Virus record (IMG/VR): IMGVR_UViG_3300031519_000002
DNA: 64,000 bases
Origin: a virus
Reading direction: 5' to 3' (one strand)
Under the pieces are notes generated by a model. That model had not been told where the DNA came from, searched no databases, and was given only the letters and a program-made list of their open reading frames with translations. A program made the translations under genes and the position numbers. Shown in pieces: positions 36,123-46,720 of this stretch (position 1 is the stretch's first letter; each line of letters opens with the position of its first letter).

Positions 36123-37890
36123 TGTGTACTTCTACATCGTTCTCATAATTTGTAAATCCGTTTTCTTTGATTACTTTAAGAACATGTGTAACTCTTCCTA
36201 CTAATTCATCTTTGTGTGAGATAAGATAAACGTTTTTGTCACGTTCTCTCCCCATTTTCTTAAGAACACTGAGTGCATTTTCAACGCCTGCTGTGTCCAT
36301 ACCGCTATCAATCAGCTCGTCGATAAACAACAAGTTAATGTTTTGATATAGACTTTCCCAAACATCACGGAATGCAAAGCTCATACCAAGTATAAGTCTG
36401 TTACGTTCGCCTCTTGACAAGTTATCAAAGTCTAAATCTTGTCCTAGCTGTGTGATCTCAACGTTCAAATCGTTTTGGAATACAACTTGATGTGGTAATC
36501 CTAGCTTATCAAGATAGTTAGTAAGTCTGTTGTTTAAGTATGCTAAATTCTGATCAATAATCTTCTTACGAATAAAGCTATCTTTGTTAGTTAACAGTTT
36601 TAACAAGAAGTCTTGATGATCTTTAAGACTTGTTAAGTCATTAACAACTGACCAATTAATTTCCTGCATAGCACTATTGTTTAGTTCGTCAATTTGTGCT
36701 TGATACGGATCAGCATCGTTTTCTTTACTAGATAATGCTTGCTTCAATCCATCAACATTTTGACGATGCTCGTATGCTTCCTTAGCAGTTTCGTAAAACG
36801 TAGTAGGTTTGCCGTTAATGTCACCAATTTCTCCAAGTGCTACTGTTACGCTAGTAACCTTAGTTGCAATCTCTGCTTGATATGCAATAGCATCAGCAAG
36901 TTCTTTAGATTTACGCTCTGCAATCTCTGCTTTTTTATCTGCATGTAGTTCTTGACCACAGGTATAACACGTTGCATCATCTAAATTTACAATGTCTTGT
37001 TTTGCTTTTTCAACAGACTTATCAGCACGTACTAGTGCAGGTTCTAGTGTACTAAGTTCTTTTTTAAGACCCATTATAGCATTGTTATGTTCTGACCAAT
37101 TTGATAATTTTTCATGCAGATCTAGTTCAGTATCGATGTCTAAATGTTCTAGTTGATCAATTCCTGTTTGCAACTTAATGACGTCTTGATCTTTTTTAGC
37201 AATCCATGCACGTTGGGTACGTTGTAAACTTTCAACAGTTCCGCCAATCTTTTCATTAGCACTTTGAATAGCATTAATCTTTATAGTTTCTTCTTGAATA
37301 GAATCTTTTGTTTGTCTTACTCGCTCTTTAAGACTATCTGCCTTTTCACTCAATATAGTAATACCGAGTAACTGTTCAATAATGTCTTTTTGATCGTTAA
37401 CTCGCATACTCAAGAAAGGTTCGGTGTATGTATTAAGTGCAACAATGTGTTTAAACATGTTGTGAGTCATTCCCAGCAAGTAACTAATTTCTTCTTGTGT
37501 TTTACGACTGTCGCCCTGTGACTCGTCTGACATTTCTTGCTCTTGACCATTAACAAAGAACCGTAACACATTAGGTGAACGACCTCGTTCAATTTTATAC
37601 TGTTTGTTATCTTTCTCAAAAGATAGTGTAACAAGCATACCTTTGTTGTTAGTTTTATTAATTAGGTTGTTGCGCTTGATGTTTGTTAAAGCAAGGCCGT
37701 ATAATGCATACGAAAGTGCGTTAATGATGGTAGTTTTACCAGTGCCATTACGACTTCCGCTGTCATCACCGCCTTGGTCTAAGTTTTCACCTAATACAAG
37801 TGTTAGCTGTTGCTTATCAAAAGAAACTGCCTGGGTTTGATTGCCCACACTCATAAAATTCTTAACTGTAAGATCTTTAAACTTTATCAT
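36115..37890 (-). CDS. gp46: recombination endonuclease ATPase subunit (Rad50/SbcC-like)
   Basis: Walker A NGTGKT, zinc hook CYTC, signature LSRGE, Walker B LLFIDE, ISH. Confidence 0.95.
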   Translation of the reverse strand: MIKFKDLTVKNFMSVGNQTQAVSFDKQQLTLVLGENLDQGGDDSGSRNGTGKTTIINALSYALYGLALTNIKRNNLINKTNNKGMLVTLSFEKDNKQYKIERGRSPNVLRFFVNGQEQEMSDESQGDSRKTQEEISYLLGMTHNMFKHIVALNTYTEPFLSMRVNDQKDIIEQLLGITILSEKADSLKERVRQTKDSIQEETIKINAIQSANEKIGGTVESLQRTQRAWIAKKDQDVIKLQTGIDQLEHLDIDTELDLHEKLSNWSEHNNAIMGLKKELSTLEPALVRADKSVEKAKQDIVNLDDATCYTCGQELHADKKAEIAERKSKELADAIAYQAEIATKVTSVTVALGEIGDINGKPTTFYETAKEAYEHRQNVDGLKQALSSKENDADPYQAQIDELNNSAMQEINWSVVNDLTSLKDHQDFLLKLLTNKDSFIRKKIIDQNLAYLNNRLTNYLDKLGLPHQVVFQNDLNVEITQLGQDLDFDNLSRGERNRLILGMSFAFRDVWESLYQNINLLFIDELIDSGMDTAGVENALSVLKKMGRERDKNVYLISHKDELVGRVTHVLKVIKENGFTNYENDVEVHNE

Positions 37891-38897
37891 AGTTCTTCAT
37901 ATATTCCTAATAATAGTTTCTTGTCGTAGCTTTCTGTGTCGATTGCAGATATTTCCTTTGTAACAATCTGATCCACACTTTCAAATGTAGTAATATCAAT
38001 GTCGGTATGTATTTCATCATCCTTTTGACTAGGAATAAGTGTAATCTCTCGACAGTCGTAATCGTTGATAAACGTTTCTTTAATAAAACTTGCTTCTTCG
38101 TAACTAATCGGTAAGTCAAGTGTTACTCTCAAGTACATTTTAGATTTTAACAACGTGTCTTTTTGATCTAACAGTTGGCTAAGTTTAACAGTACGATACT
38201 TAGGACAGTCGATCCAATTAAGATATTCAGGCTCTTTGTTGTTTTCTTTGTCAAGTATCATCATGCCACGTTCGTCATCCCACGCATCTGCATAGTTGTG
38301 CGGAAAAGCATTACCAATATAATGAACTTGACCTTGTACTTGCCGTTTATGAAAGTGTCCACTAAACACATAGTCTTGATGTTTAAAATGTGATGCTTGC
38401 AGTTCTCCGTGATCGGGCATTTGCACCATTGCGTTCATATAGAAGCTAGGAAGTTCAAAATGACCAAACATATACTTTGTTTTGATATTAGACATATTCT
38501 TCCACTCATCGCCTACTAACCACGGAACAAGTGCAACGTCATCTTCAACGAGTATCTCGTCAATATATGTAATGCCCGGAATATGTTTTCCAAACTCTAT
38601 ACTGTAAACATCTCGCTTGTCTTTATAATATAAATCGTGATTACCTGCAAAGAAGTAAAACTTCTCAAAAGCCGCTCCTAGCTTTTCAAGACACCTAGTA
38701 GTTGAATCTAGTGTTTGCACGTTAATAGTGTTTCTATTATGATGCCAGTCACCACAAAAAATACCAGTTTCGCAACCGTTAGCTTTTGCTTGTGCAATAA
38801 ACCAATCTACAAATTCTTCACAGTCTTGCAGATGAAGTCGACTATTTGACTTTAACCCAAGGTGTATGTCAGTAAATACTGCCGCTTTTTTAAACAT
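37887..38897 (-). CDS. gp47: recombination endonuclease nuclease subunit (Mre11/SbcD-like)
   Basis: DIH, GDWHH, GNHD, GHFE, SGHFH metallophosphoesterase motifs. Confidence 0.95.
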   Translation of the reverse strand: MFKKAAVFTDIHLGLKSNSRLHLQDCEEFVDWFIAQAKANGCETGIFCGDWHHNRNTINVQTLDSTTRCLEKLGAAFEKFYFFAGNHDLYYKDKRDVYSIEFGKHIPGITYIDEILVEDDVALVPWLVGDEWKNMSNIKTKYMFGHFELPSFYMNAMVQMPDHGELQASHFKHQDYVFSGHFHKRQVQGQVHYIGNAFPHNYADAWDDERGMMILDKENNKEPEYLNWIDCPKYRTVKLSQLLDQKDTLLKSKMYLRVTLDLPISYEEASFIKETFINDYDCREITLIPSQKDDEIHTDIDITTFESVDQIVTKEISAIDTESYDKKLLLGIYEEL

Positions 38898-38916
38898 AGA
38901 TAATCCTCTTTAATAT

Positions 38917-38945
38917 ATTATAACTTAAACTAGCCTAGAAGTCAA
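38917..38945 (-). promoter_or_regulatory. sigma70-type promoter for gp47-gp46
   Basis: TTGACT-17 nt-TATAAT on minus strand. Confidence 0.85.
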
Positions 38946-39841
38946 GACTTTTTGGTAATTTCACCATGTGTTGTAGTGGTTGCTTTACCGGCATCGTCGT
39001 AGGTTGTAATTACTGCATCAGATTGTTTAGGCATGTACTTGACTCGTTCTCTTTCCCAGTCACCTTGATTCTGTCTTGTAAAGCTAGGGTTCATGTCGTT
39101 CATCTCTAAGATATCATCGCGTATATTTTGCGCACGTTTTTCGATATTAATAACTCTTACAAAACTGTTAGTAACTGCGGCAGTGTAATATGCAAAAGGA
39201 TTATTAGACTTAGATTCGTCAAATTGTAAGCCAATTTGTGCAAGTTGTAGTATTGCTTGCCCGCGCATTTCGTCATTGTAAGTGTATCCGCGTACATTGC
39301 CTCTTGTAGCATAACGATCACATAACTTCATCCACATCATAGCAAGTTTATTAGTTGCTTTGCCGTGGTCTTTATTAAAGAAGCCGTTCTCCATTCCGCC
39401 TTGCCAATGACTTTTGCCTATACATATTAGTTCGTCATTTTCGTTAAACTTCCAATGTTGAAAGGGAGGAAAGTTTAGCTTTACTCTGTAATCTGCAGGC
39501 GTTTTGGGATTCTTTTTGCGACCTGGCTCTTCCGGAATATGTTCAAACGACATAATACGAAAAACAACATCAGTTTTTAAAACTGTCCTATAATCCACCT
39601 CAAACTCAGCTAGTTTCTTTTTACCGCCTGCTAATTTAGAGGCTTCAAACGCTTCTTGTTGCATACGCTTTGCTTGCACTCGCTTTGCCTCAGCAATAGT
39701 TCTAACGTGAATCTTGTCAGTACTAGGTAAGATTAAATCATATTGAGAGTATTCAGGTGCAACGTAACTACAAAATGTAGCTTTGGACTTGTGTATTTCT
39801 TTCAAAATGTCTTTATTATTTAAATAATTAACTCTTTTCAT
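38942..39841 (-). CDS. gp55: late transcription sigma factor
   Basis: YLNNKD, YTYNDEM, FDESKSNNPFAYYT...NSFVRVINIEKR motifs. Confidence 0.88.
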   Translation of the reverse strand: MKRVNYLNNKDILKEIHKSKATFCSYVAPEYSQYDLILPSTDKIHVRTIAEAKRVQAKRMQQEAFEASKLAGGKKKLAEFEVDYRTVLKTDVVFRIMSFEHIPEEPGRKKNPKTPADYRVKLNFPPFQHWKFNENDELICIGKSHWQGGMENGFFNKDHGKATNKLAMMWMKLCDRYATRGNVRGYTYNDEMRGQAILQLAQIGLQFDESKSNNPFAYYTAAVTNSFVRVINIEKRAQNIRDDILEMNDMNPSFTRQNQGDWERERVKYMPKQSDAVITTYDDAGKATTTTHGEITKKS

Positions 39842-39864
39842 GTTTTCTCCAATGGTTATATACT

Positions 39865-39893
39865 ATTATAAACTACTCTGTTAATAAAGTCAA
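39865..39893 (-). promoter_or_regulatory. sigma70-type promoter for gp55
   Basis: TTGACT (39893-39888)-17 nt-TATAAT (39870-39865). Confidence 0.85.
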
Positions 39894-39900
39894 CTAAATA
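39893..39900 (+). promoter_or_regulatory. late promoter of baseplate operon
   Basis: ACTAAATA followed by AGGAG and ATG at 39924. Confidence 0.7.
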
Positions 39901-39923
39901 ATGTATATAGGAGACAATTAGAT

Positions 39924-40883
39924 ATGAGCAATATAAGTAATGGCGGTAAAGTTATGTATCGCAACGGCAAACCAGTTAATAACCCAACACCAACAGGTAC
40001 TGGAGCCGCCGGACAAAATATAAATTCAAATAATTCTCCAGGCTCTGGTGCAAACTATGGTGCAATGCTTAACAACGCTATAAATGGTGCAAAAGATACG
40101 GGCAACGCTATGGTTGAAAAATTAACGGGCAATTTTGATGCAAGTTCGTTAAGAGCAGGAAAAGGTCTCAGAGACGCATTAAACAGCGCAGGAATGAATG
40201 GCCCAGCAGGTCGACATGGCAGTTCGGCTCCTACTGCTAGTTTTAGTGATAGTCCAGAAAATAAAGATTGGCGTGTCAAAATATCAATTCCAAATGCAAT
40301 TAAGGATAAAAACTCTCCGCTGTTGGCTCCAATTGCCGAAAAGGGTTTTATATTTCCATATACCCCGACAATTATAATCAGCCATAATGCTAATTATAAT
40401 TCAGTAGCTCCTATACATAATAATTATCCATTTTTTGCTTATCAAAACTCACAAGTGGATCAATTAACAATAGTAGGACAGTTTTATGTACAAAATGCAG
40501 TTGAAGCAAAATACTGGACAGCATGTTTGCATTTCTTAAGAGCTATGACAAAAATGGATTATGGTTCCGGTAGTACAGGTTCACCTCCTCCTATCGCAAA
40601 GTTAAGCGGATACGGAGATTATGTGTTTAATAATGTTCCAGTTGTAATAACAAACTTTACAGTTGATATGCCAAATGAAGTAGATTATATATCTACTGGT
40701 ACTGGCACCGCTGGAGGAGATGATCCAACAGGTAATACCTCCGGAAAATCAGAATTTGGTTGGGCACCAGCAGAATCTCAATTTTCTTTAACAGTGCAAC
40801 CAATATACAGCAGAGACAAACAGACTAAATTTAGTTATGGTGATTTTGTTAAAGGTTCAAATCTAGGCGCGGGGTACATTTAA
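39924..40883 (+). CDS. baseplate tail-tube initiator/cap (gp48/gp54-like)
   Basis: FIFPYTPTI and PPPIAKLSGYGDYVFNNVPVVITNFTVDMP tube-fold motifs. Confidence 0.7.
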   Translation: MSNISNGGKVMYRNGKPVNNPTPTGTGAAGQNINSNNSPGSGANYGAMLNNAINGAKDTGNAMVEKLTGNFDASSLRAGKGLRDALNSAGMNGPAGRHGSSAPTASFSDSPENKDWRVKISIPNAIKDKNSPLLAPIAEKGFIFPYTPTIIISHNANYNSVAPIHNNYPFFAYQNSQVDQLTIVGQFYVQNAVEAKYWTACLHFLRAMTKMDYGSGSTGSPPPIAKLSGYGDYVFNNVPVVITNFTVDMPNEVDYISTGTGTAGGDDPTGNTSGKSEFGWAPAESQFSLTVQPIYSRDKQTKFSYGDFVKGSNLGAGYI

Positions 40884-41173
40884 TGAGTAGCAGTCCATAT
40901 TCAAAAACAAAAATGACAAACAGTGGAACACTGGATATTTTAACAATCAGGCCTGTTCCGGCATACGCTGATGATCCGATATATACTATAGAGCCGCAAT
41001 ACAATCATAGGCCTGATTTATTAGCATTTGATTTGTATGGCGACCACAAGCTATGGTGGATATTTGCTCAAAGAAATTTAGATGCAATTGAAGACCCAAT
41101 ATATGATATTGTAGCTGGAACAAAAATTTATCTTCCAGCCGCAGAACGGGTAAAACAAGTCCTAGGAACATAA
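40883..41173 (+). CDS. gp53: baseplate wedge LysM-like protein
   Basis: HRPDLLAFDLYGDHKLWWIFAQRN motif. Confidence 0.8.
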   Translation: MSSSPYSKTKMTNSGTLDILTIRPVPAYADDPIYTIEPQYNHRPDLLAFDLYGDHKLWWIFAQRNLDAIEDPIYDIVAGTKIYLPAAERVKQVLGT

Positions 41174-41178
41174 ACATC

Positions 41179-43974
41179 ATGTCAGATCACCACCCATCGC
41201 AATACGGTGCAATTAATAAAGCAGGCGACGCTGTTGTTAGAGTTGTAGATAGTGTAACTGATGCCGCCAAAGCTACAGTAGGTGATATAAGTGCCGCTGG
41301 CATCCCTATATATTCAGGACCAGGATCAGCCGCCGCACAAGCACTCAATATGACCAGCCAACTTCGAGGCGCTGGTGCCGGTATTGATGGACCTGCTGGG
41401 GGATATACTCAAAATAATCCTCATCAAGGCGAACAAGCACCTGCAGAAAAGACTTTGCCGTTGCCCAACGATCTTGAAAGGTTTGCATCATATAATAATA
41501 TCTTTACATTTGGATGCATAAGTCCTGAAGAAATAAACTTTCCAGACAAGACTTATAGGCAAAGTGGACTACAACCAGGAAAAATCCTTTTAAGGTCTAA
41601 TGGTCTTTCGACAGGCGACAAGCCTAGAACATATGCTGAACAAGCATATAACATTGACACTCAGTATTTTATTGATGATGTAGAAATTGAAACTGTAGTT
41701 GCTCCTAATACAAAAAGTAGAGCAACAAACTTTCATACTATGCGTTTTAAAATTAGAGAACCGTATAGTATGGGACAGCTTTTACAAAGTATGCAACTTT
41801 GTGCAACTAATGCCGGGTATGCTAATTATTTGGAAGCACCGTGGTTACTAATAGTTGAATTTTTAGGTTACACCAATGATAGCGACACTGCATCTAGTTT
41901 ACCATATAAAAAAATGCTTCCTTTAAAAATTGTAAATGTTGCATTTAATGTAGACACAGAAGGATCAAATTACGATTTTGTATGTAGTGCATTTAATGAC
42001 GATGCATATAGTGATTCTAATCAAGGTATTCCTGTTGATATAACAGTTTCGGGTAACAATCTTGAGCAAATTTGTCAATCTGGTTTAAGTAGTTTAGCAA
42101 CACACATTAATACACATCATCTAAACGCTCGAAAAAATGAAGATGATCCCGAATACGAAATTGACGAATATATGTTTGCGTTTCCAAATGATAACGCTAG
42201 TAAACGTATTGGCGATCTTCTAGCAACAGAGTCTTCTAATAATACTGCAACAGTTGGAACAGCAACAAAACCTAACAGTAGCCCAGAAGAAGTACAAGCG
42301 GCACTAGCAACTGTGGCTGGAGATAGAAATGAGTATGGACAACATTCGGGTATAGCTTACAACTTTGAACCCTACAGTAGGGACACAAATGTAGCCTTAG
42401 AAAAAAGACTTGTAGACGGCAGGCTCGGATACAGTTTAAAACGTAGTAATATGAGCCAAGCACTTAAAAAGATATTAACAGGTTCTGAAGGTGATGTAAG
42501 TGAAATTGGCACAAGAAAAATATTACCAGAAAATCCGTTGAGCGGTGGTGAATCACCGTATGGCTTTTCTAATTTTGCACTGAATCCAGAAACTCAATTA
42601 CTGGAAAGAGGCGGAACAAAGATTAACCCAACACAGCGCACAATTACATTTACTCGTGGTACAAAAATACAACGAATTTTAGAAGAACTAGTGTTATTAA
42701 GTGATTTTGGAAAAAGGTTAGCAGATACTGCGGCCTTCAAAACAGACGGGTTTATAGATTGGTTTAGAATTGAAGCAAGTGTGTATATAATAGAAGATAA
42801 AAAGTTTGAAGCAAAGCACAGTAGGCACCCTAGAATTTATCTTTATAAAGTACTACCGTACAGAGTACACTCGAGTGTATTTAAAATGCCAAATTCACCA
42901 CCGTCTGGATACGACAAAGTAGTTCAGCAAGCAGTAAAGTCTTACAACTACATGTACACTGGATTAAACAAAGACATTCTTGAATTTGACATTCAGTTTG
43001 ACAATCAATTTTATGCGGCAATAGCATCTGATTCAAATAGACTAGACGGTGCGAATGATCAAAAATCAGGAGGCCCGCCACCAGGACATCCTGAGTACAA
43101 TATGGGAGCAACCTTCACTGGTACAAATCTTTCAGACAATAAAAAACTTAAACGAATTGTTGGATCCGGGACACAAGGCGGCGGAACAGGAGCGATGATT
43201 GAAACATCATCAATTAAACTAGCAAGACAGTTTAACGAAGCAGTGATGAATAGTGAATCTGATCTAATTTCAATGAAGATTAAAGTGTTAGGAGATCCGT
43301 ATTATATTGCAGACAGTGGTATAGGAAATTATAATTCTGAAAATACAGCGTATTACAATATTAATGCTGACGGAACAATGAATCATCAAAGCGGAGAAGT
43401 TGACATATTAATGAATTTCCAAACACCGATTGATATAAATGACAATACTGGCGGTTATAGCATGGACGGCTCGGCGTTAGGTGTTGCTAACTTTAGTGGA
43501 TTGTATAGGGTAATAACAGTAAGAAATATGTTTAATGGAAATTTGTTCACACAAGAAATTGATCTAGTAAAACGTCCAAACTTTAAAGCAAAAGACGTAG
43601 CACCTGATAATAAAGAATTACTACAAACACCAGCACAAGAGCAAGAAAAGAAAGTAGCTGAAATTTTAGAAAAATACGGTGACGATAATGCGTACTACAA
43701 CTTTGCTAATGCTGACACAGACGGCAGTGGTGATCTAAACGATATTGAACTGAAAAAAGCTGGCCTTGATGAATTATCTGGATCAAAACTAGCAAAGGCT
43801 TCTGGCAAATTGCCACCAACACTAGCTGAAACAGCTAAAAAAGCCGCAGACCTAAAATCGGAACAGACGGCAGTACAGAATACACTCCAATCAGAATACG
43901 AAAAGGCAAGCGGCACTGGCATTGCACAGACAGCGGCCCAAACGATCCGTCAAGAAGGTGAGTTCGGAACCTAA
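41179..43974 (+). CDS. baseplate hub protein (gp27-like position)
   Basis: 931 aa between gp53 and gp5; IKVLGDPYY and FSGLYRVITVRNMFNG..FTQ motifs typical of hub C-termini. Confidence 0.65.
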   Translation: MSDHHPSQYGAINKAGDAVVRVVDSVTDAAKATVGDISAAGIPIYSGPGSAAAQALNMTSQLRGAGAGIDGPAGGYTQNNPHQGEQAPAEKTLPLPNDLERFASYNNIFTFGCISPEEINFPDKTYRQSGLQPGKILLRSNGLSTGDKPRTYAEQAYNIDTQYFIDDVEIETVVAPNTKSRATNFHTMRFKIREPYSMGQLLQSMQLCATNAGYANYLEAPWLLIVEFLGYTNDSDTASSLPYKKMLPLKIVNVAFNVDTEGSNYDFVCSAFNDDAYSDSNQGIPVDITVSGNNLEQICQSGLSSLATHINTHHLNARKNEDDPEYEIDEYMFAFPNDNASKRIGDLLATESSNNTATVGTATKPNSSPEEVQAALATVAGDRNEYGQHSGIAYNFEPYSRDTNVALEKRLVDGRLGYSLKRSNMSQALKKILTGSEGDVSEIGTRKILPENPLSGGESPYGFSNFALNPETQLLERGGTKINPTQRTITFTRGTKIQRILEELVLLSDFGKRLADTAAFKTDGFIDWFRIEASVYIIEDKKFEAKHSRHPRIYLYKVLPYRVHSSVFKMPNSPPSGYDKVVQQAVKSYNYMYTGLNKDILEFDIQFDNQFYAAIASDSNRLDGANDQKSGGPPPGHPEYNMGATFTGTNLSDNKKLKRIVGSGTQGGGTGAMIETSSIKLARQFNEAVMNSESDLISMKIKVLGDPYYIADSGIGNYNSENTAYYNINADGTMNHQSGEVDILMNFQTPIDINDNTGGYSMDGSALGVANFSGLYRVITVRNMFNGNLFTQEIDLVKRPNFKAKDVAPDNKELLQTPAQEQEKKVAEILEKYGDDNAYYNFANADTDGSGDLNDIELKKAGLDELSGSKLAKASGKLPPTLAETAKKAADLKSEQTAVQNTLQSEYEKASGTGIAQTAAQTIRQEGEFGT

Positions 43975-43993
43975 ATATGAGGAATAATAATTA

Positions 43994-46720
43994 ATGACAC
44001 AACCACGTGAATTACCAGCCAACTCAAGAGATAAAAGGTCTGCTGGTGCTCCTAATGGGCAGATGCCTCCGGGGCCGTTCTTAGCAAGAGTAGTTAGTCA
44101 TTTAGATGCTAAACGACAGGGTTCCTTAAAAGTAGAACTTCTTACAAATACAATAAGTTCAAATGATGCAGGATACGAACCTGGACAATTAGTTACAGTA
44201 AGATACTGTATGCCGTTTTACGGAGTAACAGATTTAGATGCTAGTTCAAAAAATGATGATTATGCGGCAACACAACAAAGCTATGGGTTTTGGGCAGTTC
44301 CGCCTGATCCAGGATCTAAGGTATTGGTCATTTTTGCTGAAGGACAAATAAACCAAGGATATTGGATTGGTTGTGTGCAAGATGATTATATGAACTTTCA
44401 AGTTCCGGCAGGAAGTCCAGCAGACAAGGCTTCAAATGTAATACAGGATACACTTACAACTCAATTTAAAAATAAAGATTTGCCAGTTGGTGAGTATAAC
44501 AAACTTGATCCTAAAGATAGAAACAAAGGAAATGATCCAGATAAGTTTCCAAGACCACATAATCCTTTTATGGTTAATGTGCTTTCTAAGCAAGGATTAA
44601 TTGATGATATTATTAGAGGATTAACAACTACAAGTTCTAGAAGAGATATTCCAAATACAGTATATGGATGGAATACTCCGGGCCCATTAGACAAGCGTGA
44701 CGGTGCACCTAAAGGAAAATACGGTGAAAAAGGCCAACATGTTGAATATTATAAAAGTAGACTCGGCGGATCAGCGTTTACTATGGACGATGGAGATCCT
44801 ACACTTATTCGTGCAGGACTTGCAAAAGACAGTCCTGCAAAGTATTTTGATCTTGAAAAAACTCCAAAAAATGTTTCTAAAGGAAATGTCGGATTACCAT
44901 TTAATGAACACATTAGATTAAAAACTAGAACTGGACACCAAATACTTTTACATAATACTGAAGACTTAATTTACATAGGTAATGCAAATGGCAGTGCTTG
45001 GATTGAATTAACTTCGCAAGGTAAAATTGATATATTTGCAGATGATAGTATTAGTTTACGTTCAGGCAACGATGTAAATATTCACGCAGACAGAGACATT
45101 AACTATTCTGCTAAACGAGATTTTAATATTAATGCTGGTAGAGATCATTTTGTTACTGCTCAGGATAACATGGATACAAAAGTAGGCATTGATAAAAAGG
45201 TATTTGTTGGTAATAAAAATGATACTTGGATCGGTGAAAACAATACACTAGCAGTCGGTGCTAATCAAAACATACAAATTAAAGGCAGTGATACTAAGAC
45301 TGTTACAGGCAACTATAGTTTACAAGTAGCGGCAAACGGCTCGGTTGCTATTAACGGAGAATTTAGTAGTAAGGTTGCAGGCAACTATAGACAAACTGTT
45401 TCTGGAGCATACAACTTAAACACAGTAGGTGATAATAAATTAACAAGTGGTGCAACAACACAAATTAAAAGTGCTACAAATAATAAATTAGATGCAGGAG
45501 CTAACACTGAAATTAAGTCTGGAGGGAATCATGCTGAAACAGCATCTGGTCAAATCCATATGAATAGTGCAATAGTTGCTTCAGCATCAGACTCGGCAGA
45601 TAGCATTAGCGATACATTTACTACACCGGTAACAGAAGACGCATCTAGTCAAGTAGTTGATAAAGACGGCACGGCAATAGCAAATGTGCCAGTTACTGCA
45701 AGTGCAACAAGAGCCGCAGAATCAGCATACGCTAAATGGCCAAAGCGTGTTCCAACTAGAGAGCCTTGGAACGGTCACGAAAATTTAAATCCATTAGCCC
45801 ATGTTCCTAACTTAACACAAAGTATTACATCACCCCCTCCCGCTATTAGACAAGTTAATACACTTGTTAATGACGAAGCTGATGCATCACCAAATATTAA
45901 TGAACTGTCAGGTCCAACTGTAGCAAACATTGGAACTGTTCAAGTTACAGATCCCGAAACAGGACAAACTAGAACAGTACCGGCACCGCAACAAGTCGTG
46001 CTAGGTAAAGATGAGCCAGTAGGGCAACAACCAGCCGCTCCTGTACCGGTTAATGATATGCAGAGATACTTCTTGTATACATTAATGCAGAAACAAGGAC
46101 TAACGCTAACAAGTGCAACTGATCCCGTTAATCCAGGAAATGCACAAGCTATTGCAATGGCGATGGCGCAAGTACAACGTGAATGCGGATTCAAACCACA
46201 AAGCGAAAACTTGAATTACAGTGCAAAACGTTTACGTGAAGTATTTCCGAGCCGTGTTAAATCAGATCAGTTTGCACAGGAACTTGCGGCCGCAGGACCA
46301 CCGGCCATTGGTAATACAATTTATGGTGGACGTTTTGAAAACGGTCCTGACGAGGGTTACAAATATAGAGGTCGCGGACTTATTCAGTTAACATTTAAGG
46401 AAAACTATCGAAAAATCGGCGGCAAAGCTGGTGTTAATGTAGTAGACAATCCAGACCTAGCAAATGATCCAGAAGTGGCAAACAAATTAGCAGTGGCATA
46501 TCTTACAAGTAAGTCAATTAATTGGGCTGATTCTAGTATGAGTAGCCTAGGTGGACAATTTGCATCAGCAGTTGGATATGCTAGACAAGGTGGAGAAACT
46601 GCAAAGCGTGTTGGCATTGGTCAAGGCTTCTTACAGAAACTAATTAACGGCGAATTAACACCATTGTCTAGCTTAACAACAACACCCCCTCCGGGAAGTG
46701 GTACGTTGGAGATTAGTTAA
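43994..46720 (+). CDS. gp5: baseplate central spike (gp5/VgrG-like) with C-terminal GH19-like lysozyme
   Basis: N-terminal OB fold (YGFWAVPPDPGSKVLVIF...YWIGC), RLKTRTGHQI, beta-helix repeats ending IHMN, then AQVQRECG..ENLNYS...YKYRGRGLIQLT. Confidence 0.85.
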   Translation: MTQPRELPANSRDKRSAGAPNGQMPPGPFLARVVSHLDAKRQGSLKVELLTNTISSNDAGYEPGQLVTVRYCMPFYGVTDLDASSKNDDYAATQQSYGFWAVPPDPGSKVLVIFAEGQINQGYWIGCVQDDYMNFQVPAGSPADKASNVIQDTLTTQFKNKDLPVGEYNKLDPKDRNKGNDPDKFPRPHNPFMVNVLSKQGLIDDIIRGLTTTSSRRDIPNTVYGWNTPGPLDKRDGAPKGKYGEKGQHVEYYKSRLGGSAFTMDDGDPTLIRAGLAKDSPAKYFDLEKTPKNVSKGNVGLPFNEHIRLKTRTGHQILLHNTEDLIYIGNANGSAWIELTSQGKIDIFADDSISLRSGNDVNIHADRDINYSAKRDFNINAGRDHFVTAQDNMDTKVGIDKKVFVGNKNDTWIGENNTLAVGANQNIQIKGSDTKTVTGNYSLQVAANGSVAINGEFSSKVAGNYRQTVSGAYNLNTVGDNKLTSGATTQIKSATNNKLDAGANTEIKSGGNHAETASGQIHMNSAIVASASDSADSISDTFTTPVTEDASSQVVDKDGTAIANVPVTASATRAAESAYAKWPKRVPTREPWNGHENLNPLAHVPNLTQSITSPPPAIRQVNTLVNDEADASPNINELSGPTVANIGTVQVTDPETGQTRTVPAPQQVVLGKDEPVGQQPAAPVPVNDMQRYFLYTLMQKQGLTLTSATDPVNPGNAQAIAMAMAQVQRECGFKPQSENLNYSAKRLREVFPSRVKSDQFAQELAAAGPPAIGNTIYGGRFENGPDEGYKYRGRGLIQLTFKENYRKIGGKAGVNVVDNPDLANDPEVANKLAVAYLTSKSINWADSSMSSLGGQFASAVGYARQGGETAKRVGIGQGFLQKLINGELTPLSSLTTTPPPGSGTLEIS

